Origin: Dehalococcoidia bacterium
Lineage (GTDB): Bacteria > Chloroflexota > Dehalococcoidia > Plut-88900
NCBI GenBank assembly: GCA_965197585.1
Contig: OZ240215.1
Location: 2,688,001-2,752,000 of the forward strand
DNA: 64,000 nucleotides
Direction: 5' to 3'
This document shows, one piece after another, positions 51,443 through 60,738 of this stretch. Positions within the stretch are counted from its first letter, which is position 1. Each line of letters opens with the position of its first letter. Below the pieces are notes generated by a model. The model was given only the letters and a program-made list of their open reading frames with translations, had not been told where the DNA came from and did not search any database. The position numbers and the translations under genes were made by a program.

Positions 51443-52666
51443 CTAGATAGCTCCCTCTTTCTCCAGAGCGGCAACCTCATCTTCTGAATAGTCCAAGAGG
51501 CCCATGAGCACCTCTCGGTTATGCTGACCCAGGGTCGGGGCGGGGGCGAAGGTCTCGTCCTCAGTTTCCGACATTTTTATCGGGTTTCCGGCGGACTTGT
51601 ATTTGCCGCTCACCGGGTGCTCCTGCTCAACGACCATCTCGCGGTGCAGTATCTGCGGGTTGGACAGGGCCTCGGCGAAGTTGTTGACCTTGGCCGCGGG
51701 CACCTGTCCGTCGGCGAGCTCTTGCAGCCATTGCTCCACCGTCTTGGCAGAGAACGCTCTCTGGATGATCTCCTCCAGAGCCGCTTTGTTCTCATGCCTA
51801 AGGTTGGGCGAGGCGAAGCGAGGGTCTTCCGGGAGATCCGAGAATCCGTCCATACGGGAGATGATAACGGCCAGGTTTTCGTAGAATTTCTGGGTCGGGC
51901 AGCTTATCTGGACGTAAGCGCCATCGCTGGTCTGGAAGGCGCCGATGGGGACGTTGGTCTCGTGGCTGTTGCCTACGGGATTCGGGAGGTTGCCGGAAAC
52001 CAGGAACAGCTGACCTACGTGGGCCTGGAGGGCGATCTGGACGTCTAAAAGGCTGATGCTAACTTCCTGGCCGACGCCCTTCTGCTCCCGGGAGTAGAGT
52101 GCGGCCAGAATTCCCTGCACAGCGTATAGGCCACCGCCCAAATCGCCCATCGGGTATCCCATGAGGGCGGGGGGGCCTCCCTTGAATCCCGTGACGCTCA
52201 TTGCGCCGCCCATGGCCTGGATCATTCCATCGAAGGCTGGGTTGTTCTTGAGCGGGCCCGATGTACCGAAACCCGATATGGAGCAATATATGATCCGCGG
52301 GTTTATCTGTTTCAGGGCCTCGTAGCCGAAGCCCAGTCTGTCCAGCACCCCGGGCCTGAAGTTTTCGAAGACCACGTCCGAAACCTTCACTAGGCCGCGG
52401 AACACCTCCTGGCCTTTTTCGCTTTTCAGGTTGAGCGTTAGACCCTTCTTGTTGCGGTTCATGCCTAAGAAATAGGCACTCTCTCCCTCCAGATAGTAGG
52501 GCGGGAAGCGTCGGCTGGAGTCGCCGACCCCCGGCTGCTCGATCTTCAGGACCTCGGCGCCGAGGTCTCCCAAGATTCGGGAGCCGAAGGGCCCCGCCAA
52601 TGCCTGACTCATGTCCAGCACCCTCACTCCGGCGAGGGGCAGGCTGCTGCTGCCGTTACTACCCAT
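51443..52666 (-). CDS. CaiB/BaiF family III CoA-transferase
   Basis: PLAGVRVLD, LAGP, LGAEV.KIE, NRNKK, ENFRPG, APTLGQH. Confidence 0.93.
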   Translation of the reverse strand: MGSNGSSSLPLAGVRVLDMSQALAGPFGSRILGDLGAEVLKIEQPGVGDSSRRFPPYYLEGESAYFLGMNRNKKGLTLNLKSEKGQEVFRGLVKVSDVVFENFRPGVLDRLGFGYEALKQINPRIIYCSISGFGTSGPLKNNPAFDGMIQAMGGAMSVTGFKGGPPALMGYPMGDLGGGLYAVQGILAALYSREQKGVGQEVSISLLDVQIALQAHVGQLFLVSGNLPNPVGNSHETNVPIGAFQTSDGAYVQISCPTQKFYENLAVIISRMDGFSDLPEDPRFASPNLRHENKAALEEIIQRAFSAKTVEQWLQELADGQVPAAKVNNFAEALSNPQILHREMVVEQEHPVSGKYKSAGNPIKMSETEDETFAPAPTLGQHNREVLMGLLDYSEDEVAALEKEGAI

Positions 52667-53453
52667 AGGCTTTTCCTTCCAGGGCCAGTATGCCCTTGGT
52701 CTCTTGCCAAAGCTCTTCCAGCTCTGCGAAACCCATCTTCATGAGGTTGATACGGCGCTCCCGGCAAAGCTCCTCCATACGGGAGAAACGCCGGATGAAC
52801 TTCCTGTTTGACTTGCGCAGGGCCGCTTCCATGTCGAGATCCAGCTTACGGCCCACGTTGACGAGGGTCGAGAGGACGTCCCCGAACTCCTCTTCCCTTT
52901 GCTCGGCGGTCGACGCCTCTCTAAGCTCCGCGATCTCTTCGTCGAGCTTGTCCATGGCGCCGTCCAAGTCGTCCCAATCGAAGCCTGCGTTCGCAGCCCT
53001 CCGGTGGATCGATTGGCTGTGGGCGAGTGCGGGCATCGCAGATGGAACACCTTCGAGCACTGACTTCCGACCCTTTTCTTTCAGCTTGTTCGTTTCCCAA
53101 TTGCCCTCTACCTCCTCGGCGGTGGCGGCTTTGTCATCGCCGAAGACGTGGGGATGTCGACGCACGAGCTTGGCGGTCAGACCGGACACTACGTCTTCCA
53201 CACTGAACAGGCCTTTATCCTCGGCTATCCGGGAGTGGAGCATCACCTGGAGCAGGATGTCGCCAAGCTCTTCCTTTATCTTGGCGGGGTCGTCTTCGTC
53301 GAAGGCTTCGAGAGCCTCGTAGCACTCTTCGACGAGGTGCTTGCCGAGGGACTGATGGGTCTGCTTCCGGTCCCACGGACATCCTCCGGGGGCGCGAAGC
53401 TTTGCCACTATCTCAGTCAGGGTATCGAAATTGGACTGGTCTTCGTCGTTCAA
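52659..53453 (-). CDS. mazG: Nucleoside triphosphate pyrophosphohydrolase MazG
   Basis: LRAPGGCPWD..QT, EELGD.LLQ, RRHPHVFG, EEFGD; TTG start at 53453 with GAGGAG SD. Confidence 0.95.
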   Translation of the reverse strand: MNDEDQSNFDTLTEIVAKLRAPGGCPWDRKQTHQSLGKHLVEECYEALEAFDEDDPAKIKEELGDILLQVMLHSRIAEDKGLFSVEDVVSGLTAKLVRRHPHVFGDDKAATAEEVEGNWETNKLKEKGRKSVLEGVPSAMPALAHSQSIHRRAANAGFDWDDLDGAMDKLDEEIAELREASTAEQREEEFGDVLSTLVNVGRKLDLDMEAALRKSNRKFIRRFSRMEELCRERRINLMKMGFAELEELWQETKGILALEGKAYG

Positions 53454-53496
53454 GGGCGTCCGGCTCCTCTCCCGCCCCGTAGAGGCGCCGAGGGCG

Positions 53497-53549
53497 ATTA
53501 TAACGGCCCGCCCCTTTCCTTGACAACAAATTGACCATCTCCCTACCAT
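53497..53549. promoter_or_regulatory. Overlapping divergent promoters for mazG and the CYTH gene
   Basis: Minus strand TTGTCA-N18-TATAAT; plus strand TTGACA-N18-TACCAT; -35 boxes overlap at 53520-53526. Confidence 0.55.
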
Positions 53550-53663
53550 TCCTTAGATGAGGCTACAGGCTCGGCATCCTGGCCTCGTTGCCCAGGCCTG
53601 CAATCGTTACGTTACCCTCACTGGATTGGCCTGACACAATGGCACCGGAGCAGGAACTTTGTT

Positions 53664-54209
53664 ATGGGCCTACGCCTCAATCGGGAAATTAAAGCATACT
53701 GCCCCGACTTCGTACCGGTCCGGGGACTTCTCCGGGATTTGAAGGCGGTCTTCATTGAGGCTAAAGACCAGGTGGATTACTTCTACCATCTGCCGGATAG
53801 CAAAAATTCCAAGGGAAGGCGTCGGCTGAAACTCCGTTTCGAAAACGGAAAGAGACAGCTAATCTATTACTGCGACCGCCAAGAAGGAAACGCCAGGACC
53901 AGCAGGTTTCATCTGTGGAATATAGATGACCCCCAAATGGAGGAAGCATTGGATGCCGTCCTGGGCACCCGTGCTATAGTCCGAAAGCATAGAGAACTAT
54001 GGCATAAAGAAAATGTCATCTTCAACTTGGATACGGTGGAGGGGGTGGGGCAAATTCTCGAGGTGGAGGTGCAGGACAAGGATGGGCACGACATCAACTG
54101 CCAAATTGAGGAGTACGGTCGTCTATTGGGACCTTTCCTAGGTCGCTACATCAACGGATCCAACGAGGACCTCGTAGCTGCGGCGGTACGCTGCCGCACA
54201 TCTATCTAA
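53664..54209 (+). CDS. CYTH domain protein (class IV adenylate cyclase-like)
   Basis: EIKA, Q.D.FY, RLKLR, V.K.RELW, LD.VEG.G..LEVEV. Confidence 0.85.
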   Translation: MGLRLNREIKAYCPDFVPVRGLLRDLKAVFIEAKDQVDYFYHLPDSKNSKGRRRLKLRFENGKRQLIYYCDRQEGNARTSRFHLWNIDDPQMEEALDAVLGTRAIVRKHRELWHKENVIFNLDTVEGVGQILEVEVQDKDGHDINCQIEEYGRLLGPFLGRYINGSNEDLVAAAVRCRTSI

Positions 54210-54248
54210 ACAAATACACAAATTCCTCGCCTCCTCCTGATACCCCCA

Positions 54249-54992
54249 ATGACACCCAACACTCGCGCCATCCATCTTTCCCTCCGATTTGCTGTGGCCC
54301 TCGCGGTCGTAGCCATCCCTTTGCTCCTGGTGACGAGCAGCCTGCGCTTTGCCATCAATGCCGGGGGGCTCTACGAGTACGGTTTCGACCGGTACAACAT
54401 CAGCCTTCGAACCGGCATATCCAAGCCCGAACTGTCCCGCATCGGAGAAAAGATCCGAGACTACTTCAACGACGACACGGAACTCATCGACATCGATGCA
54501 GTGATCTACGGAGACCTCCAGCCCCTGTTCACCGAGCGGGAAATCATCCACATGCAGGACGTGAAGGGCTTGATCCACACCGTCTATATGTGGCAGTGGA
54601 TATCGCTGGGATGCCTGGCAGCGTGCTTGGCCGGTTACGCTTGGTTGAGGCGGCGGGAAGCGATTCCGGGAGTCGTGCGGGTGGGGTTCTGGGGAGGGGT
54701 GGTCACGTTGCTGATTATCGGGGCGTTGGGACTGGGATCTCTGGTTGGATTCGAGGCTCTCTTCCTGAAGTTCCACCAGCTGAGCTTTGCCAACGACTTG
54801 TGGAGGTTGAACCCACGAATCCACAACCTCATCGCCATGTTCCCGGAGCCATTCTTCCGGGACGCTACTCTTTTCGTCGCATTGATGGCTATCGGGCAGG
54901 CGTTGCTCCTGGTGTGCGTGGGGCTCGGGGACAGGCTAAGCCGTCGATTCTCGATGCAAAGAGAAAGGGCCGCTGACAGCGGCCCGGAATAA
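54249..54992 (+). CDS. TIGR01906/DUF1461 membrane protein (Lit-like)
   Basis: E..HM.DVK.L, F..LF..FH...F.ND.W, LI.MFP..FF; four hydrophobic segments. Confidence 0.82.
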   Translation: MTPNTRAIHLSLRFAVALAVVAIPLLLVTSSLRFAINAGGLYEYGFDRYNISLRTGISKPELSRIGEKIRDYFNDDTELIDIDAVIYGDLQPLFTEREIIHMQDVKGLIHTVYMWQWISLGCLAACLAGYAWLRRREAIPGVVRVGFWGGVVTLLIIGALGLGSLVGFEALFLKFHQLSFANDLWRLNPRIHNLIAMFPEPFFRDATLFVALMAIGQALLLVCVGLGDRLSRRFSMQRERAADSGPE

Positions 54993-55007
54993 CCCGATTC
55001 GAACCGG

Positions 55008-55241
55008 CTAGTGGGCGCAGCCACATCCTGTGGGCGAACAGCCACCGCAGCCGACTCCTGCGCCGGCCATGGGAAGCGGGGAAACTCCATCGCCGGTGGA
55101 GAAGGACGCGAATACCGAGAGCACTCTCTGGGCGCCGTTGTTACACGAGCGGCAGACGGCGGGCTCGTTGGCTTCCCGCATGGGTCTAAGCATCTCGAAC
55201 TGATGGCCGCAGTCGGAGCATCGGTATTCGTACAGGGGCAT
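55008..55241 (-). CDS. FmdB family zinc-ribbon protein
   Basis: MPLYEYRC..CG..FE, CxxC, Cys-rich tail. Confidence 0.9.
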   Translation of the reverse strand: MPLYEYRCSDCGHQFEMLRPMREANEPAVCRSCNNGAQRVLSVFASFSTGDGVSPLPMAGAGVGCGGCSPTGCGCAH

Positions 55242-55369
55242 CGTGTTCCTCCGGGATGTCTGTGGCCATACTAGTCAGCCGTTTGAGATTCTGTCAAGAT
55301 TATGTCTCCGTAATAGTTGCTGGGACGCCTCGAGAGTGCTTCCAAACCAGCGCAAACAACAAGCCAAAA

Positions 55370-55804
55370 ATGCACAAATCAACAAAACAACCATGGATGC
55401 CCGCCGACGAGTACGGACGCTCCCTTCCGTCCCTTTCCCTTAACCTGTTGGTACGTAAATTGTCACGGTCCATTCCCTTTTACGAGAACGTCCTAGGCGC
55501 GGAAGTGGTGTATTGGGACGAGGACTTCGCGGCACTGAAAATCGGCGGGGTCGACTTCATGCTCCATGCCGACCACACCTACGAAGACCACCCGTGGGTC
55601 GATCCGCTGGCTTCGGGGATGATGCGGGGTCTCGGGGCAGAGCTGAGGGTGCTGGGCCTGGACCCCGATGAGGTGGAGGCGCGGGCGCGGGGGGCTCGGG
55701 CGACTATCGTAGAGCCTGCAAAGGACAAACCACACGGATGGCGGGAGACCATGATCGCGGACCCGGACGGGTACGTATGGGCAGTGGGGGTCAAGATCCC
55801 CTAA
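55370..55804 (+). CDS. VOC/glyoxalase family protein
   Basis: S..FY..VLG, DKPHGWRE....DPDGYVW. Confidence 0.85.
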   Translation: MHKSTKQPWMPADEYGRSLPSLSLNLLVRKLSRSIPFYENVLGAEVVYWDEDFAALKIGGVDFMLHADHTYEDHPWVDPLASGMMRGLGAELRVLGLDPDEVEARARGARATIVEPAKDKPHGWRETMIADPDGYVWAVGVKIP

Positions 55805-55851
55805 TCCTCTTCGATACGACAGTGAGGAACTCCTAGGAAAGCTATCTCCGT

Positions 55852-56592
55852 ATGCCTGCAACGATTTTCGTCCGATCTCCGATTGTGTCCGCCCGTCCCC
55901 CTGTTTTGCTGATACACGGGGCTGCCAACTCGTCATCGGCCTGGAAGTTCTGGCAAAAGGCTCTCGCCCGGCGAGGCTGGAGCAGCTATGCGATAGACCT
56001 TCGGGGGCACGGTAAGAGTGATGGCTCGGTGGACGGGGCACTGATGTCGGACTACGTGGATGACGTCACGGAGGTGGCGAGTGGGCTCTCAGCAAAGCCG
56101 GTTGTGATGGGATGGAGCATGGGAGGGCTGGTCGCCTTGATGGCGGCGGCTGGGGGTCGGGCGAGGGCGTGCGTGGCTTTATCTCCCACGCCACCGGCTG
56201 CCGAGCGGGACATGAGTGTCGAGATCCGCCGAGGTGTGTACGGCCCAGAGGAGTACGGAATCAGAAGCGACGACCCATCCAAACAGCCTGTAATGCGCGA
56301 TCTTGACGAAGAGGAACGCTCTGTTGCCCTCGGGTCCCTATCCCAGGAATCCCGATCAGCGAGGGATGAGCGAAAGGCGGGAGTCGTAATTTCGTCAATG
56401 CCCTGCCCTTTGCTTCTAGTCACGGGGAGCAAAGATCGGGTCTTTCCGCGGTCGGAGTATGCGGAGATGGGACTTGGCGCCGAGCACCTGGAGGCAGAAG
56501 GTGCGTCACACTGGGGTCTCGTGGTCAACCGGCGGGTGCTGCCGGGGCTGGCAAGAAGTGTGACCGAGTGGTTGGACGTGAAGGTTGGGTAG
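55852..56592 (+). CDS. Alpha/beta hydrolase
   Basis: LIHG, DLRGHG.S, GWSMGG nucleophile elbow. Confidence 0.9.
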   Translation: MPATIFVRSPIVSARPPVLLIHGAANSSSAWKFWQKALARRGWSSYAIDLRGHGKSDGSVDGALMSDYVDDVTEVASGLSAKPVVMGWSMGGLVALMAAAGGRARACVALSPTPPAAERDMSVEIRRGVYGPEEYGIRSDDPSKQPVMRDLDEEERSVALGSLSQESRSARDERKAGVVISSMPCPLLLVTGSKDRVFPRSEYAEMGLGAEHLEAEGASHWGLVVNRRVLPGLARSVTEWLDVKVG

Positions 56593-56609
56593 CTAGGTCG
56601 AACGACCTT

Positions 56610-57779
56610 TCAGACCCTCGTATCCGCCGAAATTCCTTCCAGCAATCCCTTGACCCGGGCCAGGAACCTGATTGCCTGGTCGCCGTCCAGGGCGCGGTGG
56701 TCGAAAGATAGGCAGAGATTCATCATCGAGCGGACGGCGATGGCGTCGTCGCCGATGACGACGGGACGCTTGACTATGGCCTCGGTGGTCATGATGGCGG
56801 CCTGGGGCGGGTTGATTAGAGGCATACTCAACACGGACCCCAAAGCTCCCGTATTGTTCACGGTGAAGGTGCCGCCCTGAACGTCGGCGGGGCCCAGTTT
56901 GTCATCCCGCGCCTTTTCGATGAGGGAGTTCGCGTCTCGGGTAAGTTCGGCGACAGTCCTCCTCTCGGCATTCTTAAGCACCGGTACGATCAGTCCTTTG
57001 TCTCGGGCCACGGCGATACCGAGGTTAATCTCGTTCTTAAGGATGATCCTGTCGTCCTGCCATGAAGAGTTGACCTCGGGTGCAGAGCGCAGGACTGAGG
57101 CCACGGTCTGTAGGATGAACGGCAGGTAGGTGAGGTTCACACCCTCTCGACTGCGAAACTCCTCCTTCAGTCCCTTCACCAACGCCACAAGTCCAGAGAC
57201 GTCCACTTCCATCACAGTCCATGCGTGGGGAATGTCATGTGCGCTCTGGGCCATTCTTTGGGCGATGGCTCGTCTCACGGGGTCCAGAGCCCCACCAGAG
57301 GCTACGTCAGAGACTCCATTCCCTGCCCCACGCTTCTCCGCCGCCTGTAACACGTCGGCCTTGGTGATCCGTCCACCGGCACCCGTGCCTTGCAGCGAGG
57401 AAAGGTCGATGCCGTGTTCCTCGGCGAGCCTCCGCACCAGTGGCGAGTGACGTGCTTGCCGACTGTTGACTGCCGGGTCGGCGGCGTTCTTGGCGGGGTC
57501 TTGGATGTCGGGGGCCGGTCGGGGCGTGGAGTCAGCGACAGGCGCGGCTTGCAGGATGGCAATGGGTGTTCCGACCGTTACGGTTTCACCTTCGGCAACC
57601 AGCAACTCTCCCATGAACCCGGCAGCCGGGGATGGCAGCTCCAGGGTCACCTTGTCGGTGACAATCTCCGCTATGGACTCATAGCGCTCGACGGGGTCTC
57701 CGGGTTGCTTGAGCCACCGGGCTATGGTGCCCTCTACAATGGTCTCGGCGACCTCGGGCATGGTGACTGTTACTGACAA
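56610..57779 (-). CDS. 2-oxoacid dehydrogenase E2 (dihydrolipoamide acyltransferase), branched-chain type
   Basis: Lipoyl domain TDKV, E3-binding SPLVRRLA...GTG.GGRITK.D, catalytic DHRALDG. Confidence 0.93.
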   Translation of the reverse strand: MSVTVTMPEVAETIVEGTIARWLKQPGDPVERYESIAEIVTDKVTLELPSPAAGFMGELLVAEGETVTVGTPIAILQAAPVADSTPRPAPDIQDPAKNAADPAVNSRQARHSPLVRRLAEEHGIDLSSLQGTGAGGRITKADVLQAAEKRGAGNGVSDVASGGALDPVRRAIAQRMAQSAHDIPHAWTVMEVDVSGLVALVKGLKEEFRSREGVNLTYLPFILQTVASVLRSAPEVNSSWQDDRIILKNEINLGIAVARDKGLIVPVLKNAERRTVAELTRDANSLIEKARDDKLGPADVQGGTFTVNNTGALGSVLSMPLINPPQAAIMTTEAIVKRPVVIGDDAIAVRSMMNLCLSFDHRALDGDQAIRFLARVKGLLEGISADTRV

Positions 57780-57825
57780 CGCGGGTTCCTTTCAGCAGGA
57801 AGATCTTGCGGACATGAGAGGACGG

Positions 57826-58809
57826 TCAGTAGGCCGCGAGTTCTCTGAGGGCAGCCGCGATTTTGGCGGGATTGGGCAGGGCATCGAACTCCATGGTCGG
57901 GTGGAAGGGCATCGACGGAATATCCGGGGAGGCGACTCTCATTACCGGCCCGTCGAGATATTCGAAGGCCTCGGAAGCGAGTATGGCGGAGAGCTCGGCA
58001 CCGTAGCCCAGGGTCAGGTTATCCTCGTAGACAATCAGCGCCTTGCTGGTCTTTTTCACGGAGTCGAGCACGGCACCTTTGTCCAGTGGCGAGAGCGTCC
58101 TCAGATCGACGACCTCCACGCTTACACCCTCATCTGCAAGCTCTTCCGCGGCCTCCAGGCAGTAGTGCACCATCAGCCCGTAGGCGAATACGCTTATGTC
58201 CGTGCCCTCACGCTTCACGTCGGCGAGGCCGAGAGGCACGGTGTAGTCCTCGTCCGGCACCTCACCTTTGATGAGCCTGTAGGTGCGCTTGTGTTCCAGA
58301 AACATCACGGGGTCCGGGTCCCGGATGCTTGACTTGAGCAGGCCCTTGGCGTCGTAGGGAGTGGACGGGGCTACAACCTTGAGGCCCGGGATGTGAGCGA
58401 GCTGCACCTCGATGCTCTGGGAGTGGTAAAGGCCCCCGTGTATCCCGGCACCGTAGGGTGTTCGCATGACCATCGGCACGGTGAATGCGCCGTCTGAGCG
58501 GTAGCGGAACTTGGCAGCCTCGTTGACGAGCTGGTCGTAGGCCGGGAACATGAAGTCGGCGAACTGTATCTCGGCGACGGGACGCATGCCGTTGACTGCC
58601 ATGCCTATGGCTATGCCGACAATGGCAGTCTCCGCAAGGGGGGTATCGATGATTTGGCGCTCCCCGAAGCGGGCCAAGAACCCCTCAGTTGCGCGGAAGG
58701 CCCCGCCCATGTTGCCCACATCCTCACCCATGATGACGACACTGTCGTCGCGCTCCAGCTCTTCGGCGAGGGCCTCTTTGATCGCCTCCAGAACCGTCTT
58801 TTCCGCCAC
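57826..58809 (-). CDS. 2-oxoacid dehydrogenase E1 beta subunit
   Basis: GEDVG..GG.FR, DTPLAE, EIQFADF, GGLYHSQS.E. Confidence 0.95.
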   Translation of the reverse strand: MAEKTVLEAIKEALAEELERDDSVVIMGEDVGNMGGAFRATEGFLARFGERQIIDTPLAETAIVGIAIGMAVNGMRPVAEIQFADFMFPAYDQLVNEAAKFRYRSDGAFTVPMVMRTPYGAGIHGGLYHSQSIEVQLAHIPGLKVVAPSTPYDAKGLLKSSIRDPDPVMFLEHKRTYRLIKGEVPDEDYTVPLGLADVKREGTDISVFAYGLMVHYCLEAAEELADEGVSVEVVDLRTLSPLDKGAVLDSVKKTSKALIVYEDNLTLGYGAELSAILASEAFEYLDGPVMRVASPDIPSMPFHPTMEFDALPNPAKIAAALRELAAY

Positions 58810-58810
58810 G

Positions 58811-59839
58811 CTACACCCCGTCCGTGGAGTAGATCCGGGTGTACGCGCTATCAGATGTGGGGTCGGGGCTTGCCTCTGCGGAGTCCACAGCCTCCTCCAA
58901 TATTGTCATTACTTCTTGCTCAAGCTCAGAGGCCCGCGCCTCGTCCAGGACAGAAAGGTCTATGAGGAGGTTTCTGTACCGGGCCACGGGGTCCGACTCC
59001 CGCTCCGCGCTGAGTTCTTCAGGAGTGCGGTAACGGCGGTGGTCGTCGTTGCTGCTGTGGGAGCTGAAGCGGTGGACCTTGGCCTCGATGAGGGTTGGGC
59101 CTTCGCCGCGAGCGGCGCGGTCTCGGGCATCTCTCGTGGCCCGGACAACGTCGAGGACGTTCATCCCGTCAACCGCGACTCCCGGCATCCCGTAGCCCTC
59201 TGCCTTACTCGATATGTCCTGCACCACCATTTGCCTGGACTGCGGGACCGATATGGCCCAGCCATTGTTTTCGCAGAAGAATATGACCGGCAGCTTGTGG
59301 ACAGCTGCGAAGTTCATCGCCTCATGGAAATCGCCCTTGCTTGTGGCGCCGTCTCCGAAGTAGGTGATGGAGACCGCATCTTCCCCTCTGTGCTTGGAGG
59401 CGAATGCCGTCCCGACACCGTGGAGGATCTGCGTGGCGACGCAGCTCGATCCGCTGATAATGTTCCGCTCTTTGCTGCTGTAGTGGCCAGGGAGTTGGCG
59501 TCCGCCGCTGTACGGGTCAGCGGCCTTGCCGAGGGCATGAAGCACCATATCTTTCGGCTCGGAACCCACGGCAAGGGCCACGGCGAGGTCACGGTAGTAG
59601 GGGACAAAGATGTCGGCGCCGGGCCTCATGCCGTAGACACTGCCCACCTGCGCAGCCTCGTGGCCTTCGCAGGAGACCAGGAAGTAGACCTTACCCTGTC
59701 TTCCGAGCAGCCATAACCGCTCCGAAACGGCGCGCGCCGTGAACATGTCACGGTAAATGGCGATTAGGTCTGTGGGATTGAGTCCTAGTTCGTTGGGGGA
59801 GACCTGAACGTCTGCAGTTCCACGGGTCACAGCCATCAC
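58811..59839 (-). CDS. 2-oxoacid dehydrogenase E1 alpha subunit (2-oxoisovalerate DH-like)
   Basis: GHEAAQVG, PYYRD, SGGRQLPGH, GDGATS.GDFHEA.NFA, HSSNDD. Confidence 0.95.
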   Translation of the reverse strand: MMAVTRGTADVQVSPNELGLNPTDLIAIYRDMFTARAVSERLWLLGRQGKVYFLVSCEGHEAAQVGSVYGMRPGADIFVPYYRDLAVALAVGSEPKDMVLHALGKAADPYSGGRQLPGHYSSKERNIISGSSCVATQILHGVGTAFASKHRGEDAVSITYFGDGATSKGDFHEAMNFAAVHKLPVIFFCENNGWAISVPQSRQMVVQDISSKAEGYGMPGVAVDGMNVLDVVRATRDARDRAARGEGPTLIEAKVHRFSSHSSNDDHRRYRTPEELSAERESDPVARYRNLLIDLSVLDEARASELEQEVMTILEEAVDSAEASPDPTSDSAYTRIYSTDGV

Positions 59840-60026
59840 TCCCCTTTAGTCTGAATGGGTGCTTTTACCAGCGTAGCATCCCCGAAAGGGAAGCGTCAAA
59901 CGTCGGAAAATGGGGGTAGTGTCTCAGTTTGAGTTGAGGGATCTCGATGATCGCTCGAGGCTGAGGGTTTGAGTTATTGGGGTGTAGACACTATAATCTG
60001 GGACATCACGATCAGGAAGGTCCTTA

Positions 60027-60167
60027 ATGGCTGAAAGACCCAAACCCACCCCCAAGCCTCCCACTAGGCCGACTCCACCTCCTAGACGTACCTCCCCTCC
60101 AACCACACCTCTAAGGGAGGCCTCACCACCATCTAGACGGAGGCCTCCTCAACCTCCTAATCCGTGA
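60027..60167 (+). CDS. 46-aa Pro/Arg-rich small protein
   Basis: TTGAGT-N17-TATAAT promoter (59969-59997), AGGAAGG SD, ORF MAERPKPTPKPPTRPTPPPRRTSPPTTPLREASPPSRRRPPQPPNP. Confidence 0.55.
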   Translation: MAERPKPTPKPPTRPTPPPRRTSPPTTPLREASPPSRRRPPQPPNP

Positions 60168-60708
60168 TCTGGAAGACTCCCTCTAGAAAGTCTCGTGCTT
60201 GCTTGTCTGCCTGGTCACTAAGTTTCGAGTCGAACGCTCCACACTCGGTCTCTAGTTGTATCAGCCTCCCTTCATCCAGTAGCTGATAACACCTATCGAC
60301 AACCCTATCATCACCTATTCTCGACTCGGCCCACAAAATCCTCCATCGAGCAGCTAGATGTCTCCACCTAATGGAGGCCGTCGCCGCCAGCGAGATGTTT
60401 TTTATAGTCTCCCCTCGGTAGGCCCAGATCGTAGAGGCGATAGATGCAATAGTCGACCCCAGGCCTGCGGCAGTCATCCTTGTTGCCCATAACGCTTGGT
60501 CCGATGGTAGCGAGAGACCGATGATTAGAAGCGCAGAGGCGATCACAGCCAGACCGATCGTAATTCGAATAGTCTTGTCATGACCCCTCCGTAGCTTTGC
60601 CTCATACATTGGATAGTATTGTGCAAGGAACTCTGAGTCGAACACCCCCTCCCACACCACGCTGTGGAATGCCTGAGGCGTCGTTCTAGTATCTTTTCCC
60701 AGCATCAC
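60157..60708 (-). CDS. Two-TM hypothetical protein, possibly SLATT-like
   Basis: AGGAGGTG SD; helix, two hydrophobic segments, helical tail. Confidence 0.6.
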   Translation of the reverse strand: MMLGKDTRTTPQAFHSVVWEGVFDSEFLAQYYPMYEAKLRRGHDKTIRITIGLAVIASALLIIGLSLPSDQALWATRMTAAGLGSTIASIASTIWAYRGETIKNISLAATASIRWRHLAARWRILWAESRIGDDRVVDRCYQLLDEGRLIQLETECGAFDSKLSDQADKQARDFLEGVFQITD

Positions 60709-60738
60709 CTCACCTCCTGTGCCTGCCTAATACACCTA

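Noticed and set aside
53560-53640. gcctgggcaac on the minus strand, like ZTP-riboswitch or HDV-ribozyme motifs
   Set aside because: The remaining required helices and conserved nucleotides could not be found.
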